Positions 28,835 through 38,055 of a DNA stretch of 64,000 nucleotides are shown here, one piece after another (the stretch's first letter is position 1; each line of letters starts with the position of its first letter). The notes beneath the pieces were generated by a model that saw only the letters and a list, made by a program, of their open reading frames with translations, ran no database searches and was not told the origin of the DNA. The position numbers and the translations under genes are program-made. This DNA is from a virus: the IMG/VR virus record IMGVR_UViG_3300031576_000038, positions 754-64,753 of that record. One strand, given 5' to 3'.

Positions 28835-29416
28835 TCATGCTTCGAGTCCTACTTCGCATAGACGACGCAGACAGGTCAGAGCTTTGTTGATTTTCTGCCG
28901 GGCTGCCTCTTTGGAGTAGCCGTTCGCACGGCCAATCTGCTCCATCGTCATGTGCTTGAAATAATACTGCTCGACAACCTGGCGCTGCCAATCGAATGGG
29001 AGTTGCCCCATGCGTTCTCTGACATGCTCAAGCTCTTCGTTGAGCGGGTTGTACAGGTTATTGCCGAGGAAGTCTTGATTTTCATGAAGCGTTTCGACGC
29101 TCTGTTCGTAGAGCGGCACAATCACAACAGCACGCTTGGTTTTGCCGCCGCGTTGCTTTCTCAGTTCCCGCTTGCATTCCCAATCGGTGAAGCGATGGAG
29201 CGACGTGGTGAATTTTTGGCCGTAGCTGGGGTCGTGATATTGCAAGCATCGCCATAGGGCATGAAGGCCACAAGCGCGAAGGTCATCGCTAGACAATACC
29301 CCACAGTATCGTTGCGTAACCGCTTTTATGATGTTCGCGTTGTCGGAGTTAGCCAGGGCTTCGTTGAACTCTGTGTCCGAAATTGCTCTACGGGGACGGG
29401 GCGTCCTTTTTGTCAT
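28835..29416 (-). CDS. RNA polymerase sigma factor (sigma-70 family)
   Basis: Region 4 HTH MTMEQIGRANGYSKEAARQKINKAL. Start at MTKRTPRP. Confidence 0.6.
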   Translation of the reverse strand: MTKRTPRPRRAISDTEFNEALANSDNANIIKAVTQRYCGVLSSDDLRACGLHALWRCLQYHDPSYGQKFTTSLHRFTDWECKRELRKQRGGKTKRAVVIVPLYEQSVETLHENQDFLGNNLYNPLNEELEHVRERMGQLPFDWQRQVVEQYYFKHMTMEQIGRANGYSKEAARQKINKALTCLRRLCEVGLEA

Positions 29417-30053
29417 TACTAAGCTCCCAGGACAAGACCATCCGTGTCGCACGCGGCTCGAAGCGTTTCATTTTCATGGTCACTTCCTCAACTGTTTCGC
29501 CGCCGGCTACCTCGATGATGCCACTTGGCATCACGCCTATAGCCCAAGCTTTGAACTTCTTTTTCAATAGTGCCTGTGTTCGTTCGAGTGGAGAAGATGG
29601 CTTCTTGGTTTCCTTCTTTTCTTCTTTTGGTTTCGGCCTCAACAGGTCGTCGATAGCTTTTCTAACTGCGTGTTGGTTGAAGGCTTTGCCGACGCCTATG
29701 CGAAAACGGTAGCGCGTGAATACATCAAGCGTCTCGACGCCTGGTGTTCGCGAGATGGCCTTGGCGATTTCACGAGTGATGCCAAAATTGGTGTGGCCGA
29801 GCCAGAAATTGAAGATGCGACTTGGCAGGTTACTTTCATGAATCGGGATGACGCCTTGCGGACTGATGATGGCCGGTCCTGTGCCGTTGCGGTCTGGGCC
29901 GTGTTTTGGCCCAGGCTGGTCATCGTCGTCGTAGAAGGAATCGCGAGCCGCCCTGAAGTCGATGTTGTCTTCGTCTTCATCCTTCTCGTCGCGTACCATG
30001 TGGGCGAATGGGTCCACCCACTTCAACCAGATGATTCGACGTTCTTGTTCCAT
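29388..30053 (-). CDS. hypothetical protein
   Basis: 221 aa with an acidic N-terminus. Confidence 0.4.
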   Translation of the reverse strand: MEQERRIIWLKWVDPFAHMVRDEKDEDEDNIDFRAARDSFYDDDDQPGPKHGPDRNGTGPAIISPQGVIPIHESNLPSRIFNFWLGHTNFGITREIAKAISRTPGVETLDVFTRYRFRIGVGKAFNQHAVRKAIDDLLRPKPKEEKKETKKPSSPLERTQALLKKKFKAWAIGVMPSGIIEVAGGETVEEVTMKMKRFEPRATRMVLSWELSNDKKDAPSP

Positions 30054-30898
30054 TGAGCAATCCTTGCGGCTAATATGGCATTTGCATCGAGCGTTGACCG
30101 ATTCTCAGTAGCAATGGTTTTGCGATACTGAAACCAACCCTTGAAGTTGCTGAGCGGCACTGCGGAACTCGGCGCTGCCTGAGCCGCGTGCTCGAATGGG
30201 CTCATGTGGCCCTGTTCCAGAAGCCTGTCGTGAAGGTCATAATCCTTCTGATGGTCGATGTCACCCTCGAAGTTCAAGTAGCTGACGCGAGCACACCTGG
30301 CCACGGTAATCTTCAGCAGTTGGTCGTTGGTCAACCCTTCGCCGATGTATTTGTCTGCGAACGGCAGATGCCATTCGCCAAACACCAGTCGCTTGGGCGT
30401 GCTGGCAGTGTACGCTTCGAGCATCTTGAACGCGAGTTCTTGAAACTCAGGCTGTGCGTCCTTGTGACAGCGGAGATTGAAGAAGTTCGCCCATTCAGTA
30501 GCCGTGGCAATCGTGGTCATGTGAGCCCACGGCTCAATCAGGCGATTCGCGAGTTGCTCGTGGACGCCAAGCTTAGATAGCAGCCAGGCGAATAAGCAGG
30601 CAAAGTAAGATGCCGCAATCCACAACGCACGCGCGAATAATCTTCGCACGTAACCAAGCTCTTGCTTGGCTTGCATCCCCTTGCCATTCATACCCCAGGT
30701 GACTGGCTCGGCCGGCGTTTTCAGTACGTTCCCGAGCATGGTCAGAATGGGAATGTCGCGGCTGGAAGCTGCGTTCCTGGAGATGACGCGGTGCGTCATG
30801 AACTCGGAATGGATGAAGCGTGGATAGGTGAGCACGAATGTTGTGATACGGTTGCCGTTCACATTCACGCTGTCAGCGATGATTTTGACTTGTATCAT
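30023..30898 (-). CDS. ThyX-like (flavin-dependent thymidylate synthase family) protein, atypical
   Basis: C-terminal half ARCARVSY...LLEQGHMSPFEH aligns to the ThyX N-terminal RVSFD...LMKHGHETPFEH. Two RHR-like segments PRFIHSEFMTHRVISRNAASSR and FQYRKTIATENRST. A hydrophobic insert. Confidence 0.4.
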   Translation of the reverse strand: MIQVKIIADSVNVNGNRITTFVLTYPRFIHSEFMTHRVISRNAASSRDIPILTMLGNVLKTPAEPVTWGMNGKGMQAKQELGYVRRLFARALWIAASYFACLFAWLLSKLGVHEQLANRLIEPWAHMTTIATATEWANFFNLRCHKDAQPEFQELAFKMLEAYTASTPKRLVFGEWHLPFADKYIGEGLTNDQLLKITVARCARVSYLNFEGDIDHQKDYDLHDRLLEQGHMSPFEHAAQAAPSSAVPLSNFKGWFQYRKTIATENRSTLDANAILAARIAQWNKNVESSG

Positions 30899-31266
30899 GG
30901 CACCTTGAAAGCATCTTCTGGAGTCACCACCAACTCGCTGTCGCGGTCCGCTTTGGCCAGAGCCGTCATCGCTTTTTGAGTCATGTCGATGGCGTTGTTG
31001 GCAATGCCGTCCATTTCCACTTGGTTACCATTGACCGCGACTGCTTGAAACATCGTGCTGAGGAGTTCGCCGGTGCTGGCCATGTACATGAGGTTGGCCA
31101 GTTCCCTGGCGATGATGACGGCGTGCTGCGGGCTGACCGGCTTCGGCCACTCGCACTTGATGAAACAGTTGCCGTCCATCAAACCTTCGATGGTAAAGAC
31201 GGGCACGTCCGGAAAAGGAGACACCGGTTCTTCAACGGGCTTACGCTGCCAGAACTTCCAATTCAT
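30895..31266 (-). CDS. hypothetical protein
   Basis: 123 aa ORF. Confidence 0.4.
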   Translation of the reverse strand: MNWKFWQRKPVEEPVSPFPDVPVFTIEGLMDGNCFIKCEWPKPVSPQHAVIIARELANLMYMASTGELLSTMFQAVAVNGNQVEMDGIANNAIDMTQKAMTALAKADRDSELVVTPEDAFKVP

Positions 31267-31700
31267 AGTTGCCGCCCCACTCCCGCGATGATTTGTAGAT
31301 GGTCCATGAACATCTTCCTCTCCTGCTCAGCCTTCAGCAGGTCCTGAGCAGACAACCAGGACAACTGGTGAACCGGTTGCGGCCGGAGCTTGATGAGCCC
31401 TTTGGGAATCATGCCGCCATAGGACACGGTTATTTGCCGCTCGCCCTCGAAGAGTCGTTCTGGTTTGTCGTACAGCCCGCACTGGCTCAGTTCCACCCAG
31501 CCGGCGTTGCCGCGTCTGACCTTGTGTTCGATGAGGGTTTCTACGAGGCGAGCAGCCGCATCGAAACTCGACTCGCTCGCTTCCATGAACGTCGTAGGCA
31601 GTTGCCATTGACCATTTGCGTAGACCATCATGTAGTGCGGAATCTTCTCGCCCGACAGGTCAATCGACAGAAGGACGACGGCTACTTCGATGTCAAACAT
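31263..31700 (-). CDS. hypothetical protein
   Basis: 145 aa ORF. Confidence 0.4.
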   Translation of the reverse strand: MFDIEVAVVLLSIDLSGEKIPHYMMVYANGQWQLPTTFMEASESSFDAAARLVETLIEHKVRRGNAGWVELSQCGLYDKPERLFEGERQITVSYGGMIPKGLIKLRPQPVHQLSWLSAQDLLKAEQERKMFMDHLQIIAGVGRQL

Positions 31701-32182
31701 GGCAACATGCCTCGGATGGTGTCTGTCAATTCTGCCGGATGAAGCTCGTCAACCATCGTGAAGACCGCAGGCAAAATGATGTCGCGGCAATAGAGCTTGA
31801 GCGCGGCGTTGTCGTCGCCAGCGTTGACCACTTCACGATATGGTTTGTTCCGCTGGAGGAACTCGCGCAGGTCCGGCACCTGGCAAATCCAGATAGTGAC
31901 CGGGTCCTGAAGAACTACGCACCACAAGTCGGCGGTAGTTGCCATGATGCCGCTGGGCTTGCATTGTTTCGTGTTGTAATACTCGACCGCGATGTTGCCA
32001 GTTTTGGCTTCCATCTGGTCAAACTTCGCTTCGGCCGTGAAGTCCAAGTCGTCAAGTTTGCAGTGAAGGTCATACTCGATGCCATCGTGTGGCACGCAGA
32101 GGAAACCTGCTCGACGGAGACATTTTGCCAGGGCGACCTCACCGAATTTGCCACTGCTCAGGCTCTCTCGGAAGTTTCGCAC
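31682..32182 (-). CDS. PD-(D/E)XK nuclease, Hjc/restriction-endonuclease-like
   Basis: GKFGEVALAKCLRRAGF and DDLDFTAEAKFD fit a G..E...L..G / D...EAK pattern. No in-frame ATG exists, so a GTG start near 32182 is assumed. Confidence 0.35.
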   Translation of the reverse strand: MRNFRESLSSGKFGEVALAKCLRRAGFLCVPHDGIEYDLHCKLDDLDFTAEAKFDQMEAKTGNIAVEYYNTKQCKPSGIMATTADLWCVVLQDPVTIWICQVPDLREFLQRNKPYREVVNAGDDNAALKLYCRDIILPAVFTMVDELHPAELTDTIRGMLPCLTSK

Positions 32183-32619
32183 GCCAGGTCCAGTCTCATC
32201 CCCGACTCGTATTTTTTGAAACCAAATGAGTTGTAGTAGGAGACAAGTTCTTCTCGGCAATCGAGGATGACCTTGTAACAGCCGAGAGATTTGCAATAGT
32301 CGAGTGCGTGATGTACCAATTGTTTGCCGACGCGTTTGCCGTGCCAGTCTTTGCGGACCGACACATCTTCGATGTGGCCTACCAGTCCTCCTTTGTGGAT
32401 GAACTTCTGCTCCGCGATGACAGTCACGGTGCCGACGCATTCGGTGGTAGTCCAATTGACTTCGGCGATGGCCACAAAAATCCTGATATTGGGCGAAGCC
32501 TTGATGCGCTGAAAGATTTGAATGGCTTCGGGTATCAGAAGCTTGGTCTCAGCGAGCGGCTCCAGGCATTGCAGGTAGCCACGATAGAGGTCGTCAACAA
32601 CCATCTCTCGAATAATCAT
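32158..32619 (-). CDS. GNAT family N-acetyltransferase
   Basis: Motif A GHIEDVSVRKDWHGKRVGKQLVHHAL. Confidence 0.6.
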   Translation of the reverse strand: MIIREMVVDDLYRGYLQCLEPLAETKLLIPEAIQIFQRIKASPNIRIFVAIAEVNWTTTECVGTVTVIAEQKFIHKGGLVGHIEDVSVRKDWHGKRVGKQLVHHALDYCKSLGCYKVILDCREELVSYYNSFGFKKYESGMRLDLACETSERA

Positions 32620-33710
32620 GGCTTCCTCTGGAGTGCCGAGGACAATGTCTGGACCGTATGGTCCCAGGTAAATTCCTTCATCATGTCGATGCCGGCCTGG
32701 TTGCGCATACTCTTGCCAGCCTGTTTCTGTGCGTGAACGTCACGCATATGAACAACCAACTGCTCCAGTTGGTCGTCGCCCATCTCGTACCATTTGCCCT
32801 GACCGAAGAACCAGACGCCGTCATAGGCGTCTTCGAGCGTGGTGGTCTCGATGAGCTTGCAGTTGTAATCTCGCACGAACTGCGTGTGCGCGGAACAGTT
32901 GCTGGCGATGCAGGTCTTGCCCATCGCGAGCATCTCGCCAAGTTCAAGGTTCCAGCCCTCGGCCCGGGTCGGGAAGACGCCGCAGTCAGCGGCAGCCATG
33001 ATTTCAGCCACGTGTTCTTGCGTGGGCAGCCGGCTTTCAGCGACCTGAATCTTCTCGGCCAGAGCGGAGCGGCGATAGAGATTCGCCCACTGCTCGTTGT
33101 AGCGACGAAGTTTTTCGGGGTCCGCGAAGCATGGGTTGTAGCAGAGCATGACCAGCTTGACATTGTCGCTGGGCGCGAATGCCTTGTTGAAGGCTTTGAC
33201 AATCAGGTCGTGACCCTTGCGAAGCTCCCACTTACCAACATTCAAGAAGATGGTAGGTTGTTCCGGGGCGGTATCAACGTCACGTGGAAAAAAGATGTCG
33301 TGGTCCACGCCAAAGGGCGCGATGGAGATGTTGTCGATTCCGTTGGCTTTGAGGATGTCAGCGGCCCAGGCGGACGCGACGATGACCAGGTCCTGTTGTT
33401 TCAGGTGGTGAAGCTCGACGGGACGAAAGCGGTCAAGCTCGAAGATGGGGAGGGCGGCGTGCAATCCTTTGCCCACGTGCTGGGCCAAATCGAACTGGTG
33501 CCAAATGCGCAGGGAAGGGGCCAGGCGGTCGAAGGTGCTGGTCCTGGCGATTGCCTCGTTGACCAGGTCCCGGTGCTGCTCAGGGACCTCTGGGAGCCCC
33601 AGAACCCATAGCGCCGGGCTGTGCCCCTGGCGTCGGAGCCCGGCCAGCACGTTGAGACCTACGATGCCGTATCCAAGCTGGTTGACAGGCGCTGAGAGAT
33701 TCACTTCCAT
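32616..33710 (-). CDS. glycosyltransferase, GT-B fold (GT4-like)
   Basis: GHDLIVKAF and RAEGWNLELGEMLAMGKTCIAS match the EX7E region. Start at MEVNLS. Confidence 0.65.
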   Translation of the reverse strand: MEVNLSAPVNQLGYGIVGLNVLAGLRRQGHSPALWVLGLPEVPEQHRDLVNEAIARTSTFDRLAPSLRIWHQFDLAQHVGKGLHAALPIFELDRFRPVELHHLKQQDLVIVASAWAADILKANGIDNISIAPFGVDHDIFFPRDVDTAPEQPTIFLNVGKWELRKGHDLIVKAFNKAFAPSDNVKLVMLCYNPCFADPEKLRRYNEQWANLYRRSALAEKIQVAESRLPTQEHVAEIMAAADCGVFPTRAEGWNLELGEMLAMGKTCIASNCSAHTQFVRDYNCKLIETTTLEDAYDGVWFFGQGKWYEMGDDQLEQLVVHMRDVHAQKQAGKSMRNQAGIDMMKEFTWDHTVQTLSSALQRKP

Positions 33711-33812
33711 ACTGCGAGTCCTTGAAAAATACGAGTGGCCGACACAAGTAGGTGAAAGATGAGCACTTGCGCCGGCCAACTCGTCAACTTATGCCGAAAG
33801 TTTTGCGAAAAC

Positions 33813-35192
33813 TTAGCCCTGAATTTCCTTCTCCCAGGGGTCGCCAGTGGAAGTCGTCATGACGGCCTCTGGCGCGGCAGCTTCATCAACAACGACCGGG
33901 TTGGCTTGCTGGCCACGGACGGCCTCATCCAGCGCCTCGGTCGTAACCTCTGGTTCGTCAGCCGGTTGGCCTGCCTGAGCGGGCTCCTGAAGGGAGGCGG
34001 CAGGTTCTTGAGACTCCGGCTGCTCCGGCTCCTCCGTGTCGTCGGCAGAAGCCTGGGGAAGTCTGGTGATAGCGAAGGTGGACGCGGACAGCTTCTCGAC
34101 GAGTTCTGTCGGGATGCCTTCGTGAAGGTTGTCTTTCTTCTTGAAGTACGCCTGCGCGAACTTCCGCAGGTAGGCGCGCTTGGTCGGCCCGGAGAAGTTC
34201 CCGGCCAGGTCCTCGTTGAGTTCCTGGGCGGCTTCGATGAGCGGCGTCAGGTCCTTCGGACGGCCGGCGAAGACGTAGCACGTGGCCACGCCGATGAGCA
34301 TCGTGGCGGAACCCTTGGTCCCCCCATTGGCGATGGTAGTCAGCGGTTTGCCCGATTCAAGTACCGCCGGCGCGGATTTCTTCAGGGCCTTGTAGACGGT
34401 GGTGATGGCCGACGCCAGGTCCTCTGCCTTGAGCGTCTCGCCGACCCGGGCCAGGCCGAGGAGCGACGTGCCGATGTCGCTACTGCCCTTGGCAACCAGC
34501 GTGCTCAGCGGAAGCGGAGCGATACCGCGCGAATCGAAACGAATCTGCCCGAAGTAGGGGGACTCTTCGTCCTTGGCCAGCGTCTTCGCGGTCTCGAACG
34601 CGAGCTTGTAGCTCGGGTCATCGTATCTCTTCTGCTGAATGTTCAGACTCAGCATGTGGGCTCGGTCAACCGGACGCCCCTGTTGGAGATTGACGAAGTC
34701 CCATTGGGTGTCGCCGTCGATGTGAAGAGTCGCGCTGATGGGAAGGCTTTCGATGGCCTTGACCGCCGCGTCGTACTTCTTCTTGTCCTCGTCCGTCTTG
34801 GACCTCTTGAGGTTCTCTTTGGCCTCCTTGTAGAGCTTGTGGATGCCGGCCAAGCGATGGTCGCCGTCCGTCAACGGCAACGGGTCCTCGCTGTTCACTT
34901 CGAGCGTGAAGCTCCTGTTGTCCTTGGAGAAGACGAGCGACTCGCGATGCTTCTTCGAGAGGCCGACCGAGATGGGCGTCGGCGTGTAAACGCCGTCCCA
35001 CATGGCCACGGCGAGCTTACGGGCGTGCGGCTCCATGTTCTGCCGTTGTTCGCCCTTGCCGGTCAGGGCGTTGTAGCGGCGGGCCTGGTACAGTTCCTTC
35101 GCGATGGCGTAGGTCGTGACGACCTGCGCGAATCGCCGGCTGTGCCCGTTGAGTTCCCACGTGTAAATTGGGGCTTGCAGTTTCTCAATCAT
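33813..35192 (-). CDS. ParB/sulfiredoxin-like (DGQHR-type) domain protein with acidic C-terminus
   Basis: LTDGDHRLAGI matches the DGQHR/ParB-nuclease signature. Confidence 0.4.
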   Translation of the reverse strand: MIEKLQAPIYTWELNGHSRRFAQVVTTYAIAKELYQARRYNALTGKGEQRQNMEPHARKLAVAMWDGVYTPTPISVGLSKKHRESLVFSKDNRSFTLEVNSEDPLPLTDGDHRLAGIHKLYKEAKENLKRSKTDEDKKKYDAAVKAIESLPISATLHIDGDTQWDFVNLQQGRPVDRAHMLSLNIQQKRYDDPSYKLAFETAKTLAKDEESPYFGQIRFDSRGIAPLPLSTLVAKGSSDIGTSLLGLARVGETLKAEDLASAITTVYKALKKSAPAVLESGKPLTTIANGGTKGSATMLIGVATCYVFAGRPKDLTPLIEAAQELNEDLAGNFSGPTKRAYLRKFAQAYFKKKDNLHEGIPTELVEKLSASTFAITRLPQASADDTEEPEQPESQEPAASLQEPAQAGQPADEPEVTTEALDEAVRGQQANPVVVDEAAAPEAVMTTSTGDPWEKEIQG

Positions 35193-36133
35193 GACTGACG
35201 TACCTCCACATCCTCAACGATAGGTTCACGCTGAGGAGAGTCAAACAAATGTCGGGTCCCCATGAGCACCGCATCAATGTCCCGCAGTGCCACGTATGCA
35301 GCATCCGGCCGCATAACGACCCGGCTCAGGCTTCCGTAGTGGTGCTCAAGGCACTGTAGCAGAAGCTCGCGGACCTTGCTGTGGTCCGGTTTCTCTGGCA
35401 ACGCTGACTGGTGGTAGACTTTCTCGATGCCTTCTCGACGTGCATAGAACTCTCGCTCCAGCACTTCAAGCGGCCACTCACCCTTGCGGATGGCCTTGTA
35501 CTCTTCGTTCCCTCGATAGAGGTCAAGGTCGCCCTCGGTGAGAATCATTTCGCATTCGCGGAGCAGCCGTAAACAGTGATACGCAAATTTCACATCGTAC
35601 CCGAACGTCTCCACCAGTTCCTTGCGTTTGCCCTCGGGTTGTTTTTCCTTGAGCTTGTGGAACTGGTCACTTGCGTAACCGCGAAAGCGTTTCCAACACA
35701 GCTTGCTCAAAAACAGCCTTCGACTGTCTAATAGCATTCGGCCCACTTGCGTGCAATGCTTGATTTGAGATTCGTGCGCGAATAGCAAATCAATCTGATT
35801 AGGATTGTTGGCCTCGGCAAGATAGAGAAACTTGGTGATGTTGTGAATGTCGAAATCGTACTCGCGCTTGCCGTCCTGGTCCTTGATGTGGCTCTCGTTC
35901 CAGTGGCCGCACTCGGGAATCTGGTCGTAGCCAACGACGAGGCCGTCTGTGGCTGGGAACGCCATCACCTTGGGCGGGGTGAAGACGCCGCGAATGTCGT
36001 AATCGGATTTTTCTGGGTCGTTGCAGCCGTAGGCTCGGCTGCCCATGATGACTTCGAGATGAAGGTTGGACTCTAACCAGTATGGCGGTGTGATTTTTCC
36101 CTGGTTCAAGAGCCGCTTGACGGCGCTTGCCAT
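35189..36133 (-). CDS. nucleotidyltransferase (DNA polymerase beta superfamily)
   Basis: GSRAYGCNDPEKSDYDIRGVF is the GS...[DE]x[DE] motif. Confidence 0.5.
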   Translation of the reverse strand: MASAVKRLLNQGKITPPYWLESNLHLEVIMGSRAYGCNDPEKSDYDIRGVFTPPKVMAFPATDGLVVGYDQIPECGHWNESHIKDQDGKREYDFDIHNITKFLYLAEANNPNQIDLLFAHESQIKHCTQVGRMLLDSRRLFLSKLCWKRFRGYASDQFHKLKEKQPEGKRKELVETFGYDVKFAYHCLRLLRECEMILTEGDLDLYRGNEEYKAIRKGEWPLEVLEREFYARREGIEKVYHQSALPEKPDHSKVRELLLQCLEHHYGSLSRVVMRPDAAYVALRDIDAVLMGTRHLFDSPQREPIVEDVEVRQS

Positions 36134-36160
36134 GCTATCCTCCTGTTGGGTCAGATTCTT

Positions 36161-36268
36161 TTACATTTCGGTCTGTGCCTGCTTGAGTTCGTGATAGATG
36201 CCCAGCCACGCTGCGCGAATCACGACGCCGACACAAAAACTGATAGGCATAAGCTCGATGATAGTCAT
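36161..36268 (-). CDS. small hydrophobic peptide (35 aa)
   Basis: Reads MTIIELMPISFCVGVVIRAAWLGIYHELKQAQTEM. It starts 2 nt after the upstream stop. Confidence 0.2.
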   Translation of the reverse strand: MTIIELMPISFCVGVVIRAAWLGIYHELKQAQTEM

Positions 36269-36269
36269 G

Positions 36270-36758
36270 TTATTTTTGCCTTTCGATAGCGGCGGGTCGC
36301 TGCTGCTGTTGGTCATTGCGAACCGCGTTGGACTCTCTTGCGAGAAAGAAACCCACGACGCTGATACCGACAACACAAAGGATGTAGCAAAGGAGACGCC
36401 ATCGCACCGCCGGCATGAACTGGAAGGGACGATGGGAATGGAACGGACACTCAACGCGCTGGCATTCCAAAATTCGTTGTGGGCTACCGGCGCAGTGTGT
36501 GCAGGAGAGGCAGTGTTGCTTGATGGACTTTTCATACTGCACCGTGGCAGGCGTGTTCCAGAGAAGCTCGAACATGACGGCGAACAGAATGAAGATGCTG
36601 AGCGTCATTGTGTAGCCGTCATTGAACACCATGTCTGACACGAACATAGACACAGCAACGCCAATGGTATAGCAGAAGATGCGACCAACGACACCAAGCA
36701 TTCCTGGATGCGAAGCCGCGTGAGTCTTCAGGGCAGCGAAAAAGTCTTTACGGCTCAT
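36270..36758 (-). CDS. membrane protein with Cys cluster
   Basis: Start at MSRKDFF. Three hydrophobic segments. CLSCTHC...CPFH. Confidence 0.4.
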   Translation of the reverse strand: MSRKDFFAALKTHAASHPGMLGVVGRIFCYTIGVAVSMFVSDMVFNDGYTMTLSIFILFAVMFELLWNTPATVQYEKSIKQHCLSCTHCAGSPQRILECQRVECPFHSHRPFQFMPAVRWRLLCYILCVVGISVVGFFLARESNAVRNDQQQQRPAAIERQK

Positions 36759-37098
36759 TTTTCTTCTCCGTGTTGTCTGGGAGTTCAACACTCTTGCCGT
36801 CGTTGCCGACTTTGATAGAGAACCCCCCTTTGCGGATGGCGGTTAGAACGAAGTCCACAGTGGTCATGCCGCCGAGACCAGCGAGAACACAGATGCCAAT
36901 CAAGAAATAAATGTTGTCTTGGAATTTCGTATACCACAGCAAGCTGATGCCAAGCCCCATCAGGCCGCTGTTGAGAATGGCGCTGATGACAGCGAGCACG
37001 GTGAGTTTGTTGGTAGACCGCAACAGCGCCGCTAGACCAGCCAAAGCAGAAACAGCGAAGGCGCTGAGGAACACTCCGGTTGGGCTAATCGCATCCAT
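36748..37098 (-). CDS. multi-pass membrane protein (holin-like)
   Basis: 116 aa with three predicted transmembrane helices and a charged C-terminus. Confidence 0.35.
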   Translation of the reverse strand: MDAISPTGVFLSAFAVSALAGLAALLRSTNKLTVLAVISAILNSGLMGLGISLLWYTKFQDNIYFLIGICVLAGLGGMTTVDFVLTAIRKGGFSIKVGNDGKSVELPDNTEKKNEP

Positions 37099-37235
37099 TG
37101 TTTCTTCCCTTCGATGTCACTTCACAGAGGCGTAGTTCAATACGAGTGTGTTCCCGGTCTTCCAAATAGGCAACAAGTTTCATAGCCCATTGCCATCTGT
37201 TGATGGTAAATGCTGCCAGGAAAACCTGTCCCGTA

Positions 37236-37751
37236 TTATTTGGTGGGTTTGCCCACACTTGATATTCGTGATTCACGCCATTCATTCCATAGGTTGGTCA
37301 CAGGTTTGCCAACTGAGACGGCATAGTCAATCGTTTGCTTGGTGCCGCTCCGCTCGCCAGTGTCGTCGCACAAGGCCAACACCTGGTCAGCGTTGTCAAC
37401 CATCCAGCGGTCGCGAGCAATGAATTTCGCAGCGGCATAGCCGCCTTCGCTCACAACTTCAACTCGCTTCGCTCGTTTCAGTAGCGTAGCGTAATCAAGT
37501 TGCGCACTTGATGGCCACTTGCTCTCTTGCCCCTTGAACGGAATCGCCGCCCACAACTCAACCCCGAGCGCAAGCGCAGCTTGCGCGAGTGCCTGGTCCC
37601 ACCCCTGGGCGAACCCAGAGATGACCACGGTCGGCGACAGCCGCTTCAGATGGCTTATGACGAAGTCGCATAAAATATCACGACTCGTTATATCGTAGCC
37701 AAGCCCAAGTCGCGGCGGGCGATGTCCAGTCCCTGCAATGATGAGTCCCAT
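37236..37751 (-). CDS. SLOG/DUF1273 (YpsA/DprA-like Rossmann) protein
   Basis: Start at MGLIIAGTGHRP after GGAGG. VISGFAQGWDQALAQAAL. Confidence 0.4.
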   Translation of the reverse strand: MGLIIAGTGHRPPRLGLGYDITSRDILCDFVISHLKRLSPTVVISGFAQGWDQALAQAALALGVELWAAIPFKGQESKWPSSAQLDYATLLKRAKRVEVVSEGGYAAAKFIARDRWMVDNADQVLALCDDTGERSGTKQTIDYAVSVGKPVTNLWNEWRESRISSVGKPTK

Positions 37752-37772
37752 ATCATCCTCCAAGAAAAAAAC

Positions 37773-37800
37773 CCGCGCATGATACGCGGGTCAGGTTCGG
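37773..37800 (-). terminator. rho-independent terminator
   Basis: Minus strand CCCGCGTATCATGCGCGGG followed by TTTTTTT. It sits just downstream of the Cys-rich peptide gene. Confidence 0.55.
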
Positions 37801-37816
37801 GTTCGTCATCGAATGC

Positions 37817-38023
37817 CTATCGCTTGTGACACCGCGTCTTGCAATCGCACACGCCGGTTTCGGCACAGCCGCATGGACATGGGCAACAGCCCGAGGACAC
37901 GCAACAGGGAGCCTGGGTGCCGACTGCTTGCTGCACGTAAGGGCAATGCTTGTGGGCCATTGCGCCGCCCGCGAAGGCCAAGAGTAGCAAAAAGAACACG
38001 TTGAGGAATCGGTTGAACATCAC
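37817..38023 (-). CDS. secreted cysteine-rich small protein (68 aa)
   Basis: Signal peptide MMFNRFLNVFFLLLLAFAGGAMA. Mature part has 11 Cys (CCVSSGCCPCPCGC...CDC..C). Confidence 0.5.
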   Translation of the reverse strand: MMFNRFLNVFFLLLLAFAGGAMAHKHCPYVQQAVGTQAPCCVSSGCCPCPCGCAETGVCDCKTRCHKR

Positions 38024-38055
38024 ATTCTCCTAACAGGTAGATACACCGGAGCGTC

